Source of the DNA: a virus | Lineage: Duplodnaviria; Caudoviricetes | Strand: one strand, 5' to 3' | IMG/VR virus record: IMGVR_UViG_3300021962_000120 | Span: 1 to 58,892 of that record | DNA: 58,892 nucleotides | In this document: one piece after another, positions 40,573 to 55,200 of the stretch | How positions within the stretch are numbered: the first letter of the stretch is position 1 | Layout: each line of letters begins with the position of its first letter | Program-made: the position numbers and the translations under genes | The notes under the pieces: model-generated | Databases searched by the model: none | The model's input: only the letters and a program-made list of their open reading frames with translations | What the model was told of the DNA's origin: nothing

Positions 40573-40844
40573 GGGTGGAAAAGTTCCTCAAGAAAGACAA
40601 GTATGATGCGGTGGAAGACATAAGCACACAAATTGAATTGTGGGCATACATCATCGCTAAGCACTTCGGTATTTCCTTGATGGAAGTTTACTCAATGCCC
40701 CCTCATTTGTTCAAGCAATCGCTCGTGTGGGCGATGGTATCAACCGAAGAGAACAATAAGGAGATTGAGCGTAAGAAGCAACAGGCCAAAGCGGGAGATA
40801 GGGAAGTCGTATCACTGGATTATTCGTTTTTAGACTGGGAGTGA
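40569..40844 (+). CDS. Tail assembly chaperone C-terminal partner (T-like), possibly reached by -1 frameshift
   Basis: In the -1 frame, open from 40506 across the GGGGGGTTT run. Confidence 0.55.
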   Translation: MRVEKFLKKDKYDAVEDISTQIELWAYIIAKHFGISLMEVYSMPPHLFKQSLVWAMVSTEENNKEIERKKQQAKAGDREVVSLDYSFLDWE

Positions 40845-40848
40845 AAGA

Positions 40849-42072
40849 ATGTCGCTAATTTCCATGATTTCCTCCATGTCCAGCATGGTGTCGCAGATTG
40901 GCCCCGGTTTCAAAGCGGCTGGACAGATGGCGATTGAAGCACTCAAAGACTTGGCAAAGTGGTTCAACGACAATGTGATTCAACCGATTAAGGACAAGAT
41001 TGACGAGTTATCGTGGGAGTCCATCAAAGAAAAGGCTAATGAGGCGTGGGAATCAATTAAAACAAAAATTGGTGAACTTTGGGATAGCCTACCCGACCTG
41101 CCCGAAGAACTCACATGGGATTACTGGTTTGGAGAAGGTGGGGTATTTGATTGGGACATCAATTGGAATAGCCTCTTTTCCTTCACACTGCCCGACGAAT
41201 TGACCTACGACCACTGGTTTGGTGAGGGTGGTGTCTTTGATTGGGACTTTGACTGGGATGGGTGGTTTGACTTTGACCTGCCGGATGAACTGACCTACGA
41301 CCATTATTTTGGCGAAGGTGGTGTGTTTAACTGGGATATTGATTGGGGGTCAATCTTTTCTTTCACATTACCCGATTGGATGACGCTGGACTATTACTTT
41401 GGTGAAGGCGGAGTCTTTGATTGGAACATTTCGTGGAGTGACCTGTTTTCGTTCACCCTCCCCGACTGGCTTACCCTTGACTACTACTTCGGTGAAGGCG
41501 GTATTTTTGATTGGGACATCAACTGGGCAAGTATTTTCTCATTTACACTTCCCGATTGGCTTACCTTTGACTATTACTTTGGCGAGGGTGGTATCTTTGA
41601 TTGGGATTTTTCGGGTATTGTAAGCACTATGAGCACCGCTTTTAGTGATGTTGGAACAACCATTGGTGGTTATCTTAAAGCCCCGATTAACACTTTAATT
41701 GAGTCTATCAACAACCTTTTCGCAAATATTAAGTTCACCAAAACCATCCCCAATCCTTTCGGTGATGATTGGAATGTAGGGTTGGATTTGTCTAATTGGA
41801 GTATTCCCGCACTGGCTAAGGGTGGTATTGTAAATGGCCCTACACTTGCTCTTTTGGGTGACAACGCTTCGGGTAGAGAAGCAGTAGTGCCACTTGAAAA
41901 AGCCGGTGAGATGGGCTTTGGAGGACAAGGTAACACTTTCAACATCACAGTCAATGCCAGCGGCATCACCGACCGCACGGACAAGCGTGCCCTTGCTCGT
42001 GAGATTGGCAACATGATTCAGCAAGAGATGGCCCGCAACATCGGCGGCACCACCATGAGGGGGCGGTACTGA
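40849..42072 (+). CDS. Short tape-measure-like protein with Trp-rich repeats
   Basis: WESIK-type helices, IPALAKGGIV.GPT...EAVVPL motif, NITVNA tail. Confidence 0.75.
   Translation: MSLISMISSMSSMVSQIGPGFKAAGQMAIEALKDLAKWFNDNVIQPIKDKIDELSWESIKEKANEAWESIKTKIGELWDSLPDLPEELTWDYWFGEGGVFDWDINWNSLFSFTLPDELTYDHWFGEGGVFDWDFDWDGWFDFDLPDELTYDHYFGEGGVFNWDIDWGSIFSFTLPDWMTLDYYFGEGGVFDWNISWSDLFSFTLPDWLTLDYYFGEGGIFDWDINWASIFSFTLPDWLTFDYYFGEGGIFDWDFSGIVSTMSTAFSDVGTTIGGYLKAPINTLIESINNLFANIKFTKTIPNPFGDDWNVGLDLSNWSIPALAKGGIVNGPTLALLGDNASGREAVVPLEKAGEMGFGGQGNTFNITVNASGITDRTDKRALAREIGNMIQQEMARNIGGTTMRGRY
41098..41610 (+). repeat. Six degenerate 90-bp (30-aa) tandem repeats
   Basis: GEGG codons at 41131, 41221, 41311, 41401, 41491 and 41581. 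Confidence 0.95.
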
Positions 42073-43229
42073 TGGGTACACCAATCCGTCTTGTACGCAA
42101 TGATGGCGGCATCATTGAGTTGATGGCCACCACCCTCACCATGAATGTGGACAGGGGCGTTTCACCTCTTTCTGTGCCCTTTGCTGGCGGTTCCCGTTTT
42201 GCTTTTGACCTCAATCTTCCAAAATCTCTTATCACTATTGAGGGTGTAATGACAGATGATGATTTGTTGAACATTGGGGAATTACAACGAGAAGCCAGTG
42301 CAGTAATTGATTTTTCTCGCATAGCAGGATTGCCTGCTGATTCAGCATTTCGTTGGAACTTTTACGCCGCATACCTCGTAAATGGAATGGCGGATGGTGT
42401 AACTGCTGATGCTGATTATTCTATCAAAATCAACAACAGTTATGAAATATGGCTGGTTAAAAACTCATTATCAAATGAAGGACTTGACGGTGGGCGTTAT
42501 TACATTACTATCCATGATAATTCTTCTGCAAGGAGCGCATCGGACATTGCGGCGAGCCTTGTTACGCTTGTAACCACTTATACCAGTACATTTGAATTAA
42601 CAGCAAATCAAATCAATTCACCCATTGATGGTGCAACAAGCACTGCGGTGGAATTAACAAATGTAAACAAAGGACAAAACGGGAACAATGAAACCATTTC
42701 TTTCCCTTCATACCCGCCCGGTCTTGGTGTTCAAAAGCCTTACCACACACAGTATTCGGGAGGTCGTAGTTCTTCAGCCGTAAGCAATAAAAGTGCTGGT
42801 GATAAAGTGGCTGAATTGTTTGCGGTGCTGAACAACAGCAACAATGGTGGCGGTGGTGCTTCAATAGGCGGAGGGAGCATACATGGTATATCCAATAACC
42901 TTGAAAAAATCTTGAAAGGAAAACTTGAGTTTGAATCTATTTCAAGCAGTAATTTAAAGTATGGAGATTATATCATTGCTATTCAAATCCCATTTTCATC
43001 CAATGTAAACTCAAACGAATCGTTGTTTTACATGCCTACTGGCGGCATGAGAGAAACAATAGACAAAACTGCTAACAATGCAAAACCAGCGGGTACAACT
43101 TTCACTGAAAATAACAGAAAGTACACAGGCATCAAAGGAAGCGTTGCTAACGCTACATTTGTTCAACTTGGTGGTGAACCGCTTTATTCGTACACCATCA
43201 ACTTTGCACCAGTTGATTGGATATTTTGA
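42072..43229 (+). CDS. Distal tail/hub-like protein
   Basis: Directly after the tape measure; beta-rich ends with an AT-rich variable middle. Confidence 0.6.
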   Translation: MGTPIRLVRNDGGIIELMATTLTMNVDRGVSPLSVPFAGGSRFAFDLNLPKSLITIEGVMTDDDLLNIGELQREASAVIDFSRIAGLPADSAFRWNFYAAYLVNGMADGVTADADYSIKINNSYEIWLVKNSLSNEGLDGGRYYITIHDNSSARSASDIAASLVTLVTTYTSTFELTANQINSPIDGATSTAVELTNVNKGQNGNNETISFPSYPPGLGVQKPYHTQYSGGRSSSAVSNKSAGDKVAELFAVLNNSNNGGGGASIGGGSIHGISNNLEKILKGKLEFESISSSNLKYGDYIIAIQIPFSSNVNSNESLFYMPTGGMRETIDKTANNAKPAGTTFTENNRKYTGIKGSVANATFVQLGGEPLYSYTINFAPVDWIF

Positions 43230-43238
43230 GGTGAAGAG

Positions 43239-46200
43239 ATGGTTGCAATCGGTCGCAGTAGTCACGCCTTCTTTTTTGACGGCGTGAGCGATTCGGTGAT
43301 TATTCCTCAAGGCCGCTTCACCAAGACGGGTGTAAAGGATGCTGACGGCAACAAACTGATGACCAAGACCCTACAGGGTAGCGGCGACATCGTTTCAATA
43401 AACAATAAAACAATTGCTGATTTCGTCATTGAGGCATGGGTTGTGCCCGATTGTGGGGGTGTAATTGCCCACCGAGAAGGGCAGTTTACCCTTGAAATGG
43501 GAACGGTGGACACTCCCGGCCCCGCTGTGTTTAGCGTTAGTGTGGAGTCCATCGCTGGCCCATCAGTGTTCCGCTTAGCCACAGCCTATGATGCCAGTAC
43601 CCGATGGGATGGCATCGTGTACCCACAACAGGAACACGGTGGTATTCACGATTCGTACAACCGTTACGACACAGGCAATTATGGCGAGGCCACCAACCTC
43701 AACTTCAACAACCGACCGCTGTACCATGTTGTGGCTGGTATCACCAAGAACCGTGTGTTCTTGGCTGTCAACGGCGAGATTGTCTCCGAGCAAGACATTC
43801 CACCCGAAACTCGTCTTGCCCGCTCCACTGAGCATGTGTACCTCGGTGGTAAAGGTGGTGAGTTTCGTGGTGCGATTGAGGCCATCCACTTCTCAAATGA
43901 GTTTGACGAGAACATGCTTCAGCCATCTATGGCGGTGAAGGGACAAACCACCTCGGCTTTGTTCCGCTTTGAAGAGCCGATAGATGTCGTGCAAGAGTCT
44001 TACGAGTTCACCGCCTATACCGTGACCGATGCCAGCACCACGACGCTGACGATGGCGGCGGCTGACGCACAGGCTCTCATCGCTCGTTTGACGGGTAAAG
44101 CATACGATTCATCCTCACCAACTACGACCTTTACATCCACACCGTATAGTATGGGTAATTACAAGGTCGTGGATTACTACACCAACAGTGGCACACCCAC
44201 CACCATTAGCGTACCGCACACCCCTTACAACCTGCTGATTAACCCCGGTGCTATCAACCGCAATACACAGAAGCCTAACCAATCCCCACCCGAAAGGGTG
44301 CGGTTGGAAAGCATCAACGGAAACACAGGCGTTGTCACCTTTAACAGTATTCACATTGACTTCATCAACGGTACGGGCGGCTTGCGAGGTGCCTTGCACA
44401 CCCGAACAACCGATGTGGACAACTACTTCGTGGTCGTTGGGGCTGACTCGTTGATTGACAACGGTACGGGCAAGCCTTACCAGCCACCTCACTACGGAAC
44501 GCAAATCTTTGACAAGACGGGGCAGATGATTCTTGATGAAAGCGATATTGCAAACCACGGTATGGTGTACTCGTCACAAATGGCTACCGACACGGCTACT
44601 AACGCCTACGCCGTGAACTGGCCTGCTGACCTTGACACGCTGTTTCAAGTGGGCCACAGCGGGCGACACACCTTCTCACACATCACGGGCCATGAGTATA
44701 TGCGCCGCTACCCTAAACCAACCGACCTCATCATTGACCAGCAGGTTGACGGCTCGGCTGACATCGTACAAATGGCGTATGACTCTAACACTCGTAACAT
44801 TGACGAGATGTTTGCGATGAACTCGCTAATTGATTTTTACAGCGAAACGCTGGAAGCACCCATCGCCCGCATTGAGAACTCGTCCAGCGTGGCCACCATC
44901 ACGCATAACGGTATGCCAGTGAGCAAGCGTGAACTCATTGCTATTGGCGGTAGCGGATTCAAGTACGCTCCGTTTATGCTTAAAGGCCCAGTGCCCGAAG
45001 TAGGAAGCATTGACGAGAACAACCGTCTGTATCACCTTACTCCCGAAACCGAGAGCCGTGTGGCTCTCTTGCATGTTCCCGACCTTAAGACCAGCCACAA
45101 CCTCGCTCCGTTTGTTGAGGTGCATTACAACGCCATAGACCTCACAGGAGCGAGCATGGGCGAATCCACACCAATGCTCATGGTAGAAAAGACCGTACCA
45201 GCGGGTTCGTTTGACTTGGGTGGCGGCACACGGGTATTGGATGTCATTACCGCTGACCTTGCTAACACCACACTCTATTCACCCGGCGGTGTGATTTACC
45301 TGTCAAACGCCATCAGTGGCTATGGCTCGCTCATGCAGGAGTCGCACACACTGATTGGTGACAACACAGGCGGGCAAGACAGCGATACAGAACTGGATTA
45401 CAGCCGCACGCCCGCCCTGTACACCCCCCCAAACGATGTTAATGCTGAACCAGCCAGCCCACCGTTTGCTGTTGCACGCTCGCACAACAGCAGTACGCAT
45501 CATTCGGTGTACCATCGCCTTGCTATTGAAGCCATGTCGTCAAGTCAAAGTGACACCATCACCGATGAGGGTGCTGGCAAGCGCACACGCCAGCCCACGA
45601 CAGATAAGACAGGCACGGGTGTGTTTGACCTCGGCCCGACCACACATTCAAGTCGTGTGTTTGAGATGTTTAACATCATTGACAATGTGATAATTACTGA
45701 TGAAGCGGGTATCATTGCGAAGATTTTCGTCCAGCCGTCTGTTAAATCACGAGTAAATCAATTGTCGCTGGTGCGTAGCCTACAAAGCGGGGATGTACCC
45801 AACATCGCCAGCATCATGTTCCTCATGAGCCGCTGTCGGGTGCGTGGGGTGTCCAAGCAAGAAAGCCCCGAATCCAACATGTCCACAGTGGTTGTCACGG
45901 CCACGGGCATTGCTGACTCTTTCGTGAATGAGAATGTCTCGGCTGTTGGCAGTGGGTCGCCCGACTCGCATGTAGTAAAGGAGATTGAACCCAACGCTCC
46001 TGTTGTTACGGTTACGCTTGGCGGGCCGGGGCAGGGAGGTGTGAACACCAAGCCCACCTACGACCCAAGCCCACTCATGCGACTTCCCGGCTCCACTCGT
46101 CGCAGTTGTGCAGTGCAGGCACGGGTGGTGGACACCAATACCTCAATTCTTTCAATGAGTGTTGCTCCACTTAACAACGGCTCACCCGACATTAAATCAT

Positions 46201-49200
46201 GGGGAACTATTTGTTTTCCCAAAACTGGCCGTATCTACCTCGCTGATGGTGCCAGTGCTGAATACTTTCTAAAAAATGGGGCTGGATTCCAATTTAACGA
46301 AACAAATGCCATTCAAAATCGTAAGTTCCTTGATGCCGCTGGTGTTGCTTATGCGACCTTCCATGATTGGTGTAACGCTACAGGAGTTATTGAACCAACA
46401 GCCAGCACAGGTACCTATACGACATCGGTGTATGTGTTTAATGACGGTGATTTTGATAATGATTCGCTGGCACAGGATGGTAGCACTGTCAATGACCGCT
46501 TGTTCCAATCCCTTGATACAGTTACGCACGATTATCAGTTGGGTACGCAGTATGCCAGTACCCGTGCAATGGTGGAGATTCCTGTGTTCCCACAGCAGTT
46601 CTTTGACCATACTGAACTCGGCATTTTCCCCGGCCCCGATAACAGCATGAAACTGCATATTGATGCGACCTACACAGCCCACACATGGAATCCTACACCT
46701 GTAGGTCGTCGTGCTGATGACATCGGTGTGGCTGATAAGAGTGCTAATTCAGCCTATTCGTACACTATCAATAACCAAGATTACATTGAATCGGCTACAA
46801 TTTTGCGTGTTGAAAATGCTACTGCAAGCCATACACACCCAAGCACTGGTGCCACAACCCACACTGACCACTTTCACATTTATGTGTCTCATCCTAAAAT
46901 GTTCCCCAATGGGAGTAACACGGATGCGTTTGGTAATCTCAAAGGCATTAACCGTTTGCGTCGTGTTTTCCTTACCAGCGGTGAGTGGGCTGTGTACGAT
47001 AACGACCCCGCAACTGATGGGTACCTGTCCATACCATCCAACGCTACTGGTGGTTATCATGACGGCTATTCGCAGACATTTTTCCAAAATGCCATTGTGG
47101 GAGCGAAATTGCATATCGGTGCAGGTTTCCGTAACGAAACGCTGATTCCTGTTGCTTCCGACCTTGAACTTCCTTCTTCGGATATTGAAGGGCGGTCACC
47201 GTATTACTACGATGCGGCAAACATGAAAACGCAAGGTGGCAACCTTGATTACGGCCTGCGCCAGTATGTGTCGGCTGTTGAGTTCAAGGCTGGCCCGCTG
47301 GCTAACCCCCACGCCCCTCGCACAATTACCAAGTGTGCTACAACTACCATCACTCAAGCAATTGCCGCACCAAGTGGAAACAGCATTATTCTCACACTGG
47401 AAAATGCTTCGCTGTTCCCCGACCCACCGTTTAACCGTAACTCTTCAAACGCTATTGATATTGAAGAGGGTGACCTGTTGTATGTTGGTGAAATTATGCT
47501 TGATACGCCCGTTGAAGTGGCATATTTCAGCAAAAACAACGGCCCAATATCGGAAAACTCCATTCTTGTTGAACCACTAAATGGTGTGTCCATAACGCTT
47601 GGTGACATCATCGGTGTTGAGTTTCGGCTAACAAAGGCTGGACACAACATGGGTATTCTTGATGACCCTGCAAACATCACAGTAGCAGAAGCAAGCACAA
47701 GTCTTACAAAAACGGATGAGATATGGGAAGTGAAAGTAGCGGCGACTTCGGGAAGTACGACAAGTATTGAGATAGCACCTGCAACTCTTACAAATCGCTT
47801 CGCTCATGCTAACACAGTGGGTTTCAACGCACGCAAGGGCGATAAGTTGTACATCTATTCGGGAGGTTCATACAATTATGTTGGCGAAGTAAGTGCAGTA
47901 GTTTCCGACTTAACGCATCCTACAGCATCAAACACTGTTGTAACACTTACCGCAAACAACGCCACTGCGTTAAGTGTTGGTGATGACCTTTACATCAGTT
48001 CAGCCACCGTTATTCAAGAAGATTTTGATGCTATCCTCAATCGCAGTTGGTTGTACCCATATGCACAGGGTGGGCTACGCAATGGTGACACCGTATGGAT
48101 GAACATGACGGTGAACAACCCGCACGCTGTGGAGGGTTTGTTCGCAAAAAGCCGTGGTGTATTTAATGAAAACACCGTATGGAAAGGCTTCAACGGCGGG
48201 CGGGGAACCCTTGACGACAACCCAAGAGACTCCATTCCGCTTGAAAACTTCTTGATTGGCAACTCGTGTCTTGAAACGGCACAAAACTTTGCTCAACATG
48301 TAAACAAGACGGTGGAGATGAACTACGAGGCTATGGGACTGGATGCCAGTCAAGCCCCCACTGTTGCCTACATTGACCCGTATCTATCCACCGATGGAAA
48401 CGCTCGTGTGTTGTTGTTTGATGTAGCCCACGACCGTGAGTTCATTGCTTTCCATGACATTCACATGCAGGTGCAATCCAGTGCGGCTACGCCTACTATT
48501 GGTTACACCCGCAACATCGCTCACGAAACAGGAACCATCAAACTTGACAAGTTCCTTATCAGCACCAACGGTGGTGCGCCGCACTACTTTACCACACAGA
48601 TTGATGTAGCCAATGGTTTCCCTTCACAAAACAAGTATGTTCGTGCTACGCAACAATCAAAGTTCATTGAAAGTGCATACGCTCACAATGTTCCAAACAC
48701 CGTCACACATGACTTGTTGGGTAAAACCACGGCTGGTAGTGATGAAAAATACACAATTGGCGACCCTACAAGTACAGCAAACTCAGCACGGAGAGGAAAG
48801 GGACACGGGCACTTCGTTCACACTGGTTTATTTCACGAGCAAACAAGTAATACGCACACTGTAGGAGATAGCAACCTCCCTCGTGTTCAACCTGCGGTGG
48901 CTTCAGTCTATTATGCCTCACAAGCACATAAGTTGATTCGCAAAGAGAATGATGGCAACGCTTTGTTAAAACGATTGAAAAAGCACCGTGCCGACCAAGA
49001 CCCCAATTTGTTTTCATTAACTGACCCAAGCACCTTGTTTGACACACCCGATGGTACTCGTGTGATTTCGGCTTTCCTTTGTTTGAAAGGCAAACGAAAC
49101 TCCACTCTTGAATTAGCAAACCATGAAGAGTCACGCTTGCAACATCTCAAACACTGGACTCAAATGGATTTCGTGCGCCGTATGACTCTTGACTTGGGTG

Positions 49201-52200
49201 AAGTCGGAGTCAAAGAGGGTGTCACTGACATTGAAGCGGCGGCACGGGAAATGGTGCGCCTCATCAACCAAGGGGGTGCACCTAATGGTCGCACGCACGC
49301 TCGCCGTCCCTCTCAGCAATACCCCGGTGAAAGTGAACGGCTTGACCTTACACGAATCGGTGTGCGTCAAGACATCGCTGATGAAAACAAAGACCCCACC
49401 TCAGCCCACATTAACGCAGACTTTGCCGCCACAGGTTCCACATACGACCCTGCTCCGTTTTGGTATGGCGACATCGCCTTTGACACGCATGACCGTGGTT
49501 CTCACATGGGGTATGTCCGAGCGCACTTAGGTCGGGTGGTTGAGGACATTAACGGTAATGAAGGCTACAGCATTGTCATCCACTCCACCATTCCCGGTGC
49601 ATCGGGTCGTAATTTCTGTGTGTGGCTTGACAACAGCAAGGGCCAATCATCGTATCAGCCGCAATTCCTCATCGGTCACGGTGGCCGTTTCCGCAACTTT
49701 TGGGCACAGCCCGATGAGATATTGGGTGAAAACATGCACCCTGCACCCATGCCACTTAACAAAGACGGGCGACCTTTTGCACCCGTTACGACACTGCGTG
49801 AGTATGTAGCACAGGAAGAACCCGATGAAGCCTTCACCAGTAATCACGATATTACTTCACGACGAAATGAAGTGGCTAATCCCAAGGGGCGCAACATTTC
49901 TGCTCATCTCGGTGGTATGTCGCATAACAGTGTGAACGATGAATCGTTTGAAACGCAAAGCCCATCCACAGCACTCGTCAAAGGATTGCGTGTTGGTAAG
50001 CAGGCCGTAGGTCGTATCAACTTTGGTGGGCTGGTTGCTTCGGGTGTACCCGGCTTTTCACCCATCGCTGGTAAGCATGGTCTTGGTCGCAAAGGTGATT
50101 CGTCGTTTGACAAATTGTACAATGAAGGAATCCAAATTGGAAGCACTTCTCCTTCGGCTATTACAAATTATAGCGGCCATGTCAAGAATACAGAAGTGAT
50201 TGATGATGCAATCGGTGATACTCCACTGTACGGTTTCCGTTTTGCTGACCACCGAGGACAAGGCTACGGTGTGCGTTACATTTACCGCAAAATGGATGAA
50301 GCCTTTGCCAACGATTTGACAACCATTCCTTCCACGCTTGATGATGAAGTGTGCATTTATTTCAACGATGGGGATGTAGCAAAAGGTGGCTTTACCATTG
50401 GACACCACATGTTGGGATATGGTGATGCTACAGGACAAATGGATGTTTCTTTACTCAGTAAAAACAGTTGGCGAGGAAACCAATGGAGAGGTGTTTATGC
50501 GCCATCATTAGGGGTTGATTGTGATATATCGTGGGATGCCAGCGCATCAACATTAGAAGTTTTGTTAGGTGCACCATTTGACACTGGTGCAACTGTTCTT
50601 AATAATCATCCCGATATTCTTGGTTATCTTGGTTTCCCTCGCCAAAACGGTGTTATTCAAATTACTGACCCTTTTACATCAATAACTGGTAGCACTGGTA
50701 ATGTAATTTCATATGAAAGTCGTACTCAATTAGGTACTACTGGTACACATGTGTTTTACGGTGTACGAGGTAATGAGTTCAACGCATCTCATTATTTATC
50801 AGTTTTAGGAGATATATCATTAACTGCTGGTGCAGTAACAATGTTTAACACATCAACAAATCGTATCATTAAAGCCATTATTACACCACGAATCAATTGG
50901 ACAACACTCGTAACTGATGAGTTAATTGCGGCTGTCACGGCTGAGGCTATCAACTTGGTTAATCCCAATGTGCAGGACGGTGTGACTTTTGATTGCCGAC
51001 ACATGTACGCCGCTGACGGGCGCACCTTTGGAGACTGGGGCGTGGCCGCTGACGCTATTCGCATCCGTGCCCACAATCCGCAACGGGGGGCACGCCCGCT
51101 CTCCACCATGTTTGAGGCATCACTTCACCAAGACTTGGGTATTGAGGCACCGCACCTTGAGTTTGGTGAATACGAAAAACTTGACCAAACAAGCAACAGT
51201 CAATGGACGGTTACGGCAAGCAGTGCCCACCATAAACCAGTGAGTGATGCAAACATTAAGGACAATCACCAAAAAGCCGATTGTGGTTATTTGCCTTACA
51301 CTGTGCTACAAATCCGCACAAAGGCCCGTGGTTACCATACCAATACTCCTACACCTGTACTGGTGGATTCGTATAACGACCCAGTGCCTACAAAAACATG
51401 GGCAAACAACCTCAAAGGATTGACTTACACTTCTCGTAGTGGTGACCATATTTTACCAGCAATCAATAATAATATGGCTGTATTTGCTAATCACAATTAT
51501 AGTCCACCTAATAATTTAAGCACTTTTACTCTTCTTGTTGGTGAATATGTTACTGATTTGGTAAAACCCGCTGGACAAGAAAGTGCATCTTTTAGTGGTG
51601 AAACAAAACTTCTTTCTTTTGGTGAAAGAAAAAAAGTATATCATGGAAGTGACAAAATAGCCATAATGAAATCACAACAGGGTGTAAACTCTTTAACAAT
51701 TTTAGAAGTTTCCGATTTATACGCTAATGATGCTTTTATGAATGAGTTTGGTGGCGGAAGTGTAACTGAAGATGGATTACTAATGAGTCATGCTGACATA
51801 AAGTGTAGTGGTATGCGCCTATACGGTAGCGTAGAAAGTGAACCCATCACCTACTTCAAAGGCGGGCGGGACAGCACCGACCACAGTGTACCCCTGTACT
51901 TCGGTGGTGGATTCAGTGGGGTCGTGCTGGATGTCAATGACGGCTCGCAAAACGATTACTCCTCATTTTACACGCACCCGTATTCTACTGGCCCAACAGG
52001 TACAGCGGGCATACAGAACGCTAACGAAATTAGCACAGCATATGCGTTGGTGGACTGTAACGCCCTGCTCGCTTTCTTCCCCGGCACGCCTCTTCTCAAC
52101 CAACATCGTGGTAGCATTAACCCGCCAGCGTACAACCAAGACAATGTATTGTCACCCGACCTTGATGCAGGAACGCTGATAAATCTTATCACTAATCCGA

Positions 52201-55200
52201 GCCATGTAACAGCACGATACGCAAACGGTATTGTTCGCCAACGACCCATTCCTCTTGTTATGCGTATGCCACATCAAACTGCACGCTACACTGACCATAA
52301 AACAAGCACGAAGTATTTCACCACTTACCTCATTTATGGCCCCGGTCAAGCCTTCCCATTCAATGAACCAACATCGGGTCTTGGAGATGTTGAGCCGCAC
52401 CCCGGCTATGTGGTGACTACGGGTAACACATGGAGTAAAGTGCCAGCCAATCTCAATCTACCCAACGAAATTACCAACTCGGATGGTGATTATGGCCCAC
52501 CCAATAGCGTATATCAAACAGACCGACAACGATTTCATTGGCGTACAACACTTAACTGGTCACCAGCACAAGGTATTCCAAACATTGGAGATGGTGTCGG
52601 TTTATACCAACGACCCGAACACGGCTACCATTATGGTGAGCATTTTATCAATCCAGTACCCGGTAAGATTTCTCTCAGTAACGATGCAGATTATCGTAAA
52701 GCACACCCATACCAGCACTGCGCTATGGCGTATTACGGCATAGCCATGAGTGCCGATATGACTTTCCACATGGATGGTGGGTATCACCCCGGCGGCTCGT
52801 GGCTTGACAATCAAATGGCATTCAATCCGCAAATGCAAAAGAATGATTTCACGATTAGCAAAATCAACGGTAACCTCGTGAACCCAACGGCTTTCCGTGT
52901 ATCGGGAGTAATGGCTACCAGTGTGTTAAATGGCTTACTTGGAGAAAGTGCCAGTGACTTTGACCGTGAAATTATCGTAGTTGATGCTACACGCTGTCAA
53001 AACGGAGAAGAACTGGCGACTATCATCGGCCAAGCCATTAACGAAAACCCCGGCAAAGGGGCACTCAAAGCAATGGGTGGTACTTTCATGCCAAGTATGG
53101 GTAACGCTCAACGCCAAGACCGATACGGTTGGATTGAAATGGACTGGAACACGGTGTATGTGAATGACACCGCCACTTCTTCTCAGTCTTACATTGAAGG
53201 TACAATGAGTGGTGGTACCCAAGCATCGCTTGAACAAATCCCTGCGTGTGGTTGGATTCGCACTGATGATGGTGGTCGTCCCGTAGCGGGTGGGGGCATT
53301 TGTCCAGCCTTTGCACCATATCATTCTCGTGAGGTGTATGACAACGGTGGTACATGGACAGTGAGATTTTGGCTTGCACCAAACCGAATCACGGGTAAAG
53401 CACAGTTTGAAGATATAACCACATGGCAGGAAAAGTGCGACTTAATAACACCTGTCACTGTTCCTACTTTTGCTATTGCTCCGCCATACGGTGTTCCAAC
53501 AAAATTGTACATTTGGAGCAAGTCGGGTGTTCACTACTACAACAACGAAAACGATAGCACTCGTGACCACATGACCCGTGTACACTTTAGCGGTCTTGTG
53601 GATGCTCTTGACCGTACACGACCTGTTGGTGCGATGGGGTGGGCTGGTGAGCGTTACTCTTACCTTAACTCACTTAAAGTCGGTACAGAAGGATATGGTG
53701 CAGGGTTGGGTGCATGGCACCCCATATTGGGCTTTTCACCCTACGGGCCAGCCTCAAGTGTGATGAGCACTTTTGGGCATCTTCCTCACTACACACCTAT
53801 GCGTAACGCCCCCGAAGCAACAGGTGTGCTTAATGGTGTGAACAACACAGACACGATGATTACAACAAAGTACACTTGGACATACGCATCAACCAATACC
53901 ACACCAGCCTACTCGTTTACTGACGCTGAAAGTTCAAATTATTTCACTGACCCTGTTCACATTGGTGACAAAAACGCTGTACCTCGTGCCCTTCATCATA
54001 CTCAAGGCGTGTTTAGTCGTGCTTTCCTTGTTATATCGTATGAAGCCGAAATGCCGTTAGTGGCTAAGTATGACCGTGACGGAATCACTGGAACAGGTGA
54101 CTGGTTGGCTGTAGTAAACAAGACCGCTGGTGGTACTGCCGCCGCCGATGCCATCAAGTTTGCTGGTACAGTACAGTGGGATGAGCGCATTCATGGTGTG
54201 GATAGATTTGTTGCGCCTGCCCATGGAGGGCCAAACATTGAGGCTTTGATTCCCCTGCCCGTGACCTTGCCTATTGACGACATTCCATCAGTGCCTTTCC
54301 AAATGCACGGGCCTGTTGTTGATGACAATATATTGTACAATGCTGAACCATGTTACGCAAAGACTGGTGATTTATTCTTTGACCTTGACCAAAGCCCCGG
54401 CAGTTTCTTTTTGGAAGATGCTACTGATGTTGAGCGAAACCTCATCACTGACCTCAAAACAAGTACCAGCACTGAACTTGACCGATACGGAGATGATGCG
54501 AATTATTGGCTTGGAGACACCAACGCTTTCAAAATGAATCAACGCTCACCCGCTCGTAACTTCTCCGTGGAGCATATCGTATGGAAGCGCATGGATGGCG
54601 GTAATCTTTCACTCCCTGCTGTCAACGCTCGTGGACTTGGTGCAGTACCATTTGTTACACGAGTAAACAGTGGAACAGCCTACACCACAGGTGAAAAGTT
54701 GTACGGTATCAACCGCTTCTCATTTGAAACCACGAACAGTGCCATGTTCCCCATTATACAGGCTCAAGAATTGGCCCATCCACAAATCGCCGCCGCACAC
54801 CCCGATGAATTGCGAAATGTATTGGCTATCCCCAATGAAGAAATGCAGTTTGAAGAAGTGCAAGTTGAGGACGACACGGGCCAAGTTCACATTATTGAAG
54901 GTGGTTCGCCATTTGGTACGATTATCCGCACTTTCAACCCTGTTTCCGACCGTAGCGCAGAAGGTCTTGCTCCCGCAACCGCTGGAAGTGGAGTAGAGCC
55001 AAACCTCAAGGTACGCCTTCCCAACCCCGACAGCATTCCCGGTAACCTGCTTGTGCGTGCTGGCTTTGACCGTTTGCAAGCCTACCAAAACGAATCGTTT
55101 GGCACGGGTGGAATGATGCGGCCTATGTCTGCTAACAGTATCAAGCATCTATTTACTGATGAAACAAAAGGGCCACGCCTTGGTGGTACATTTAGCGACC

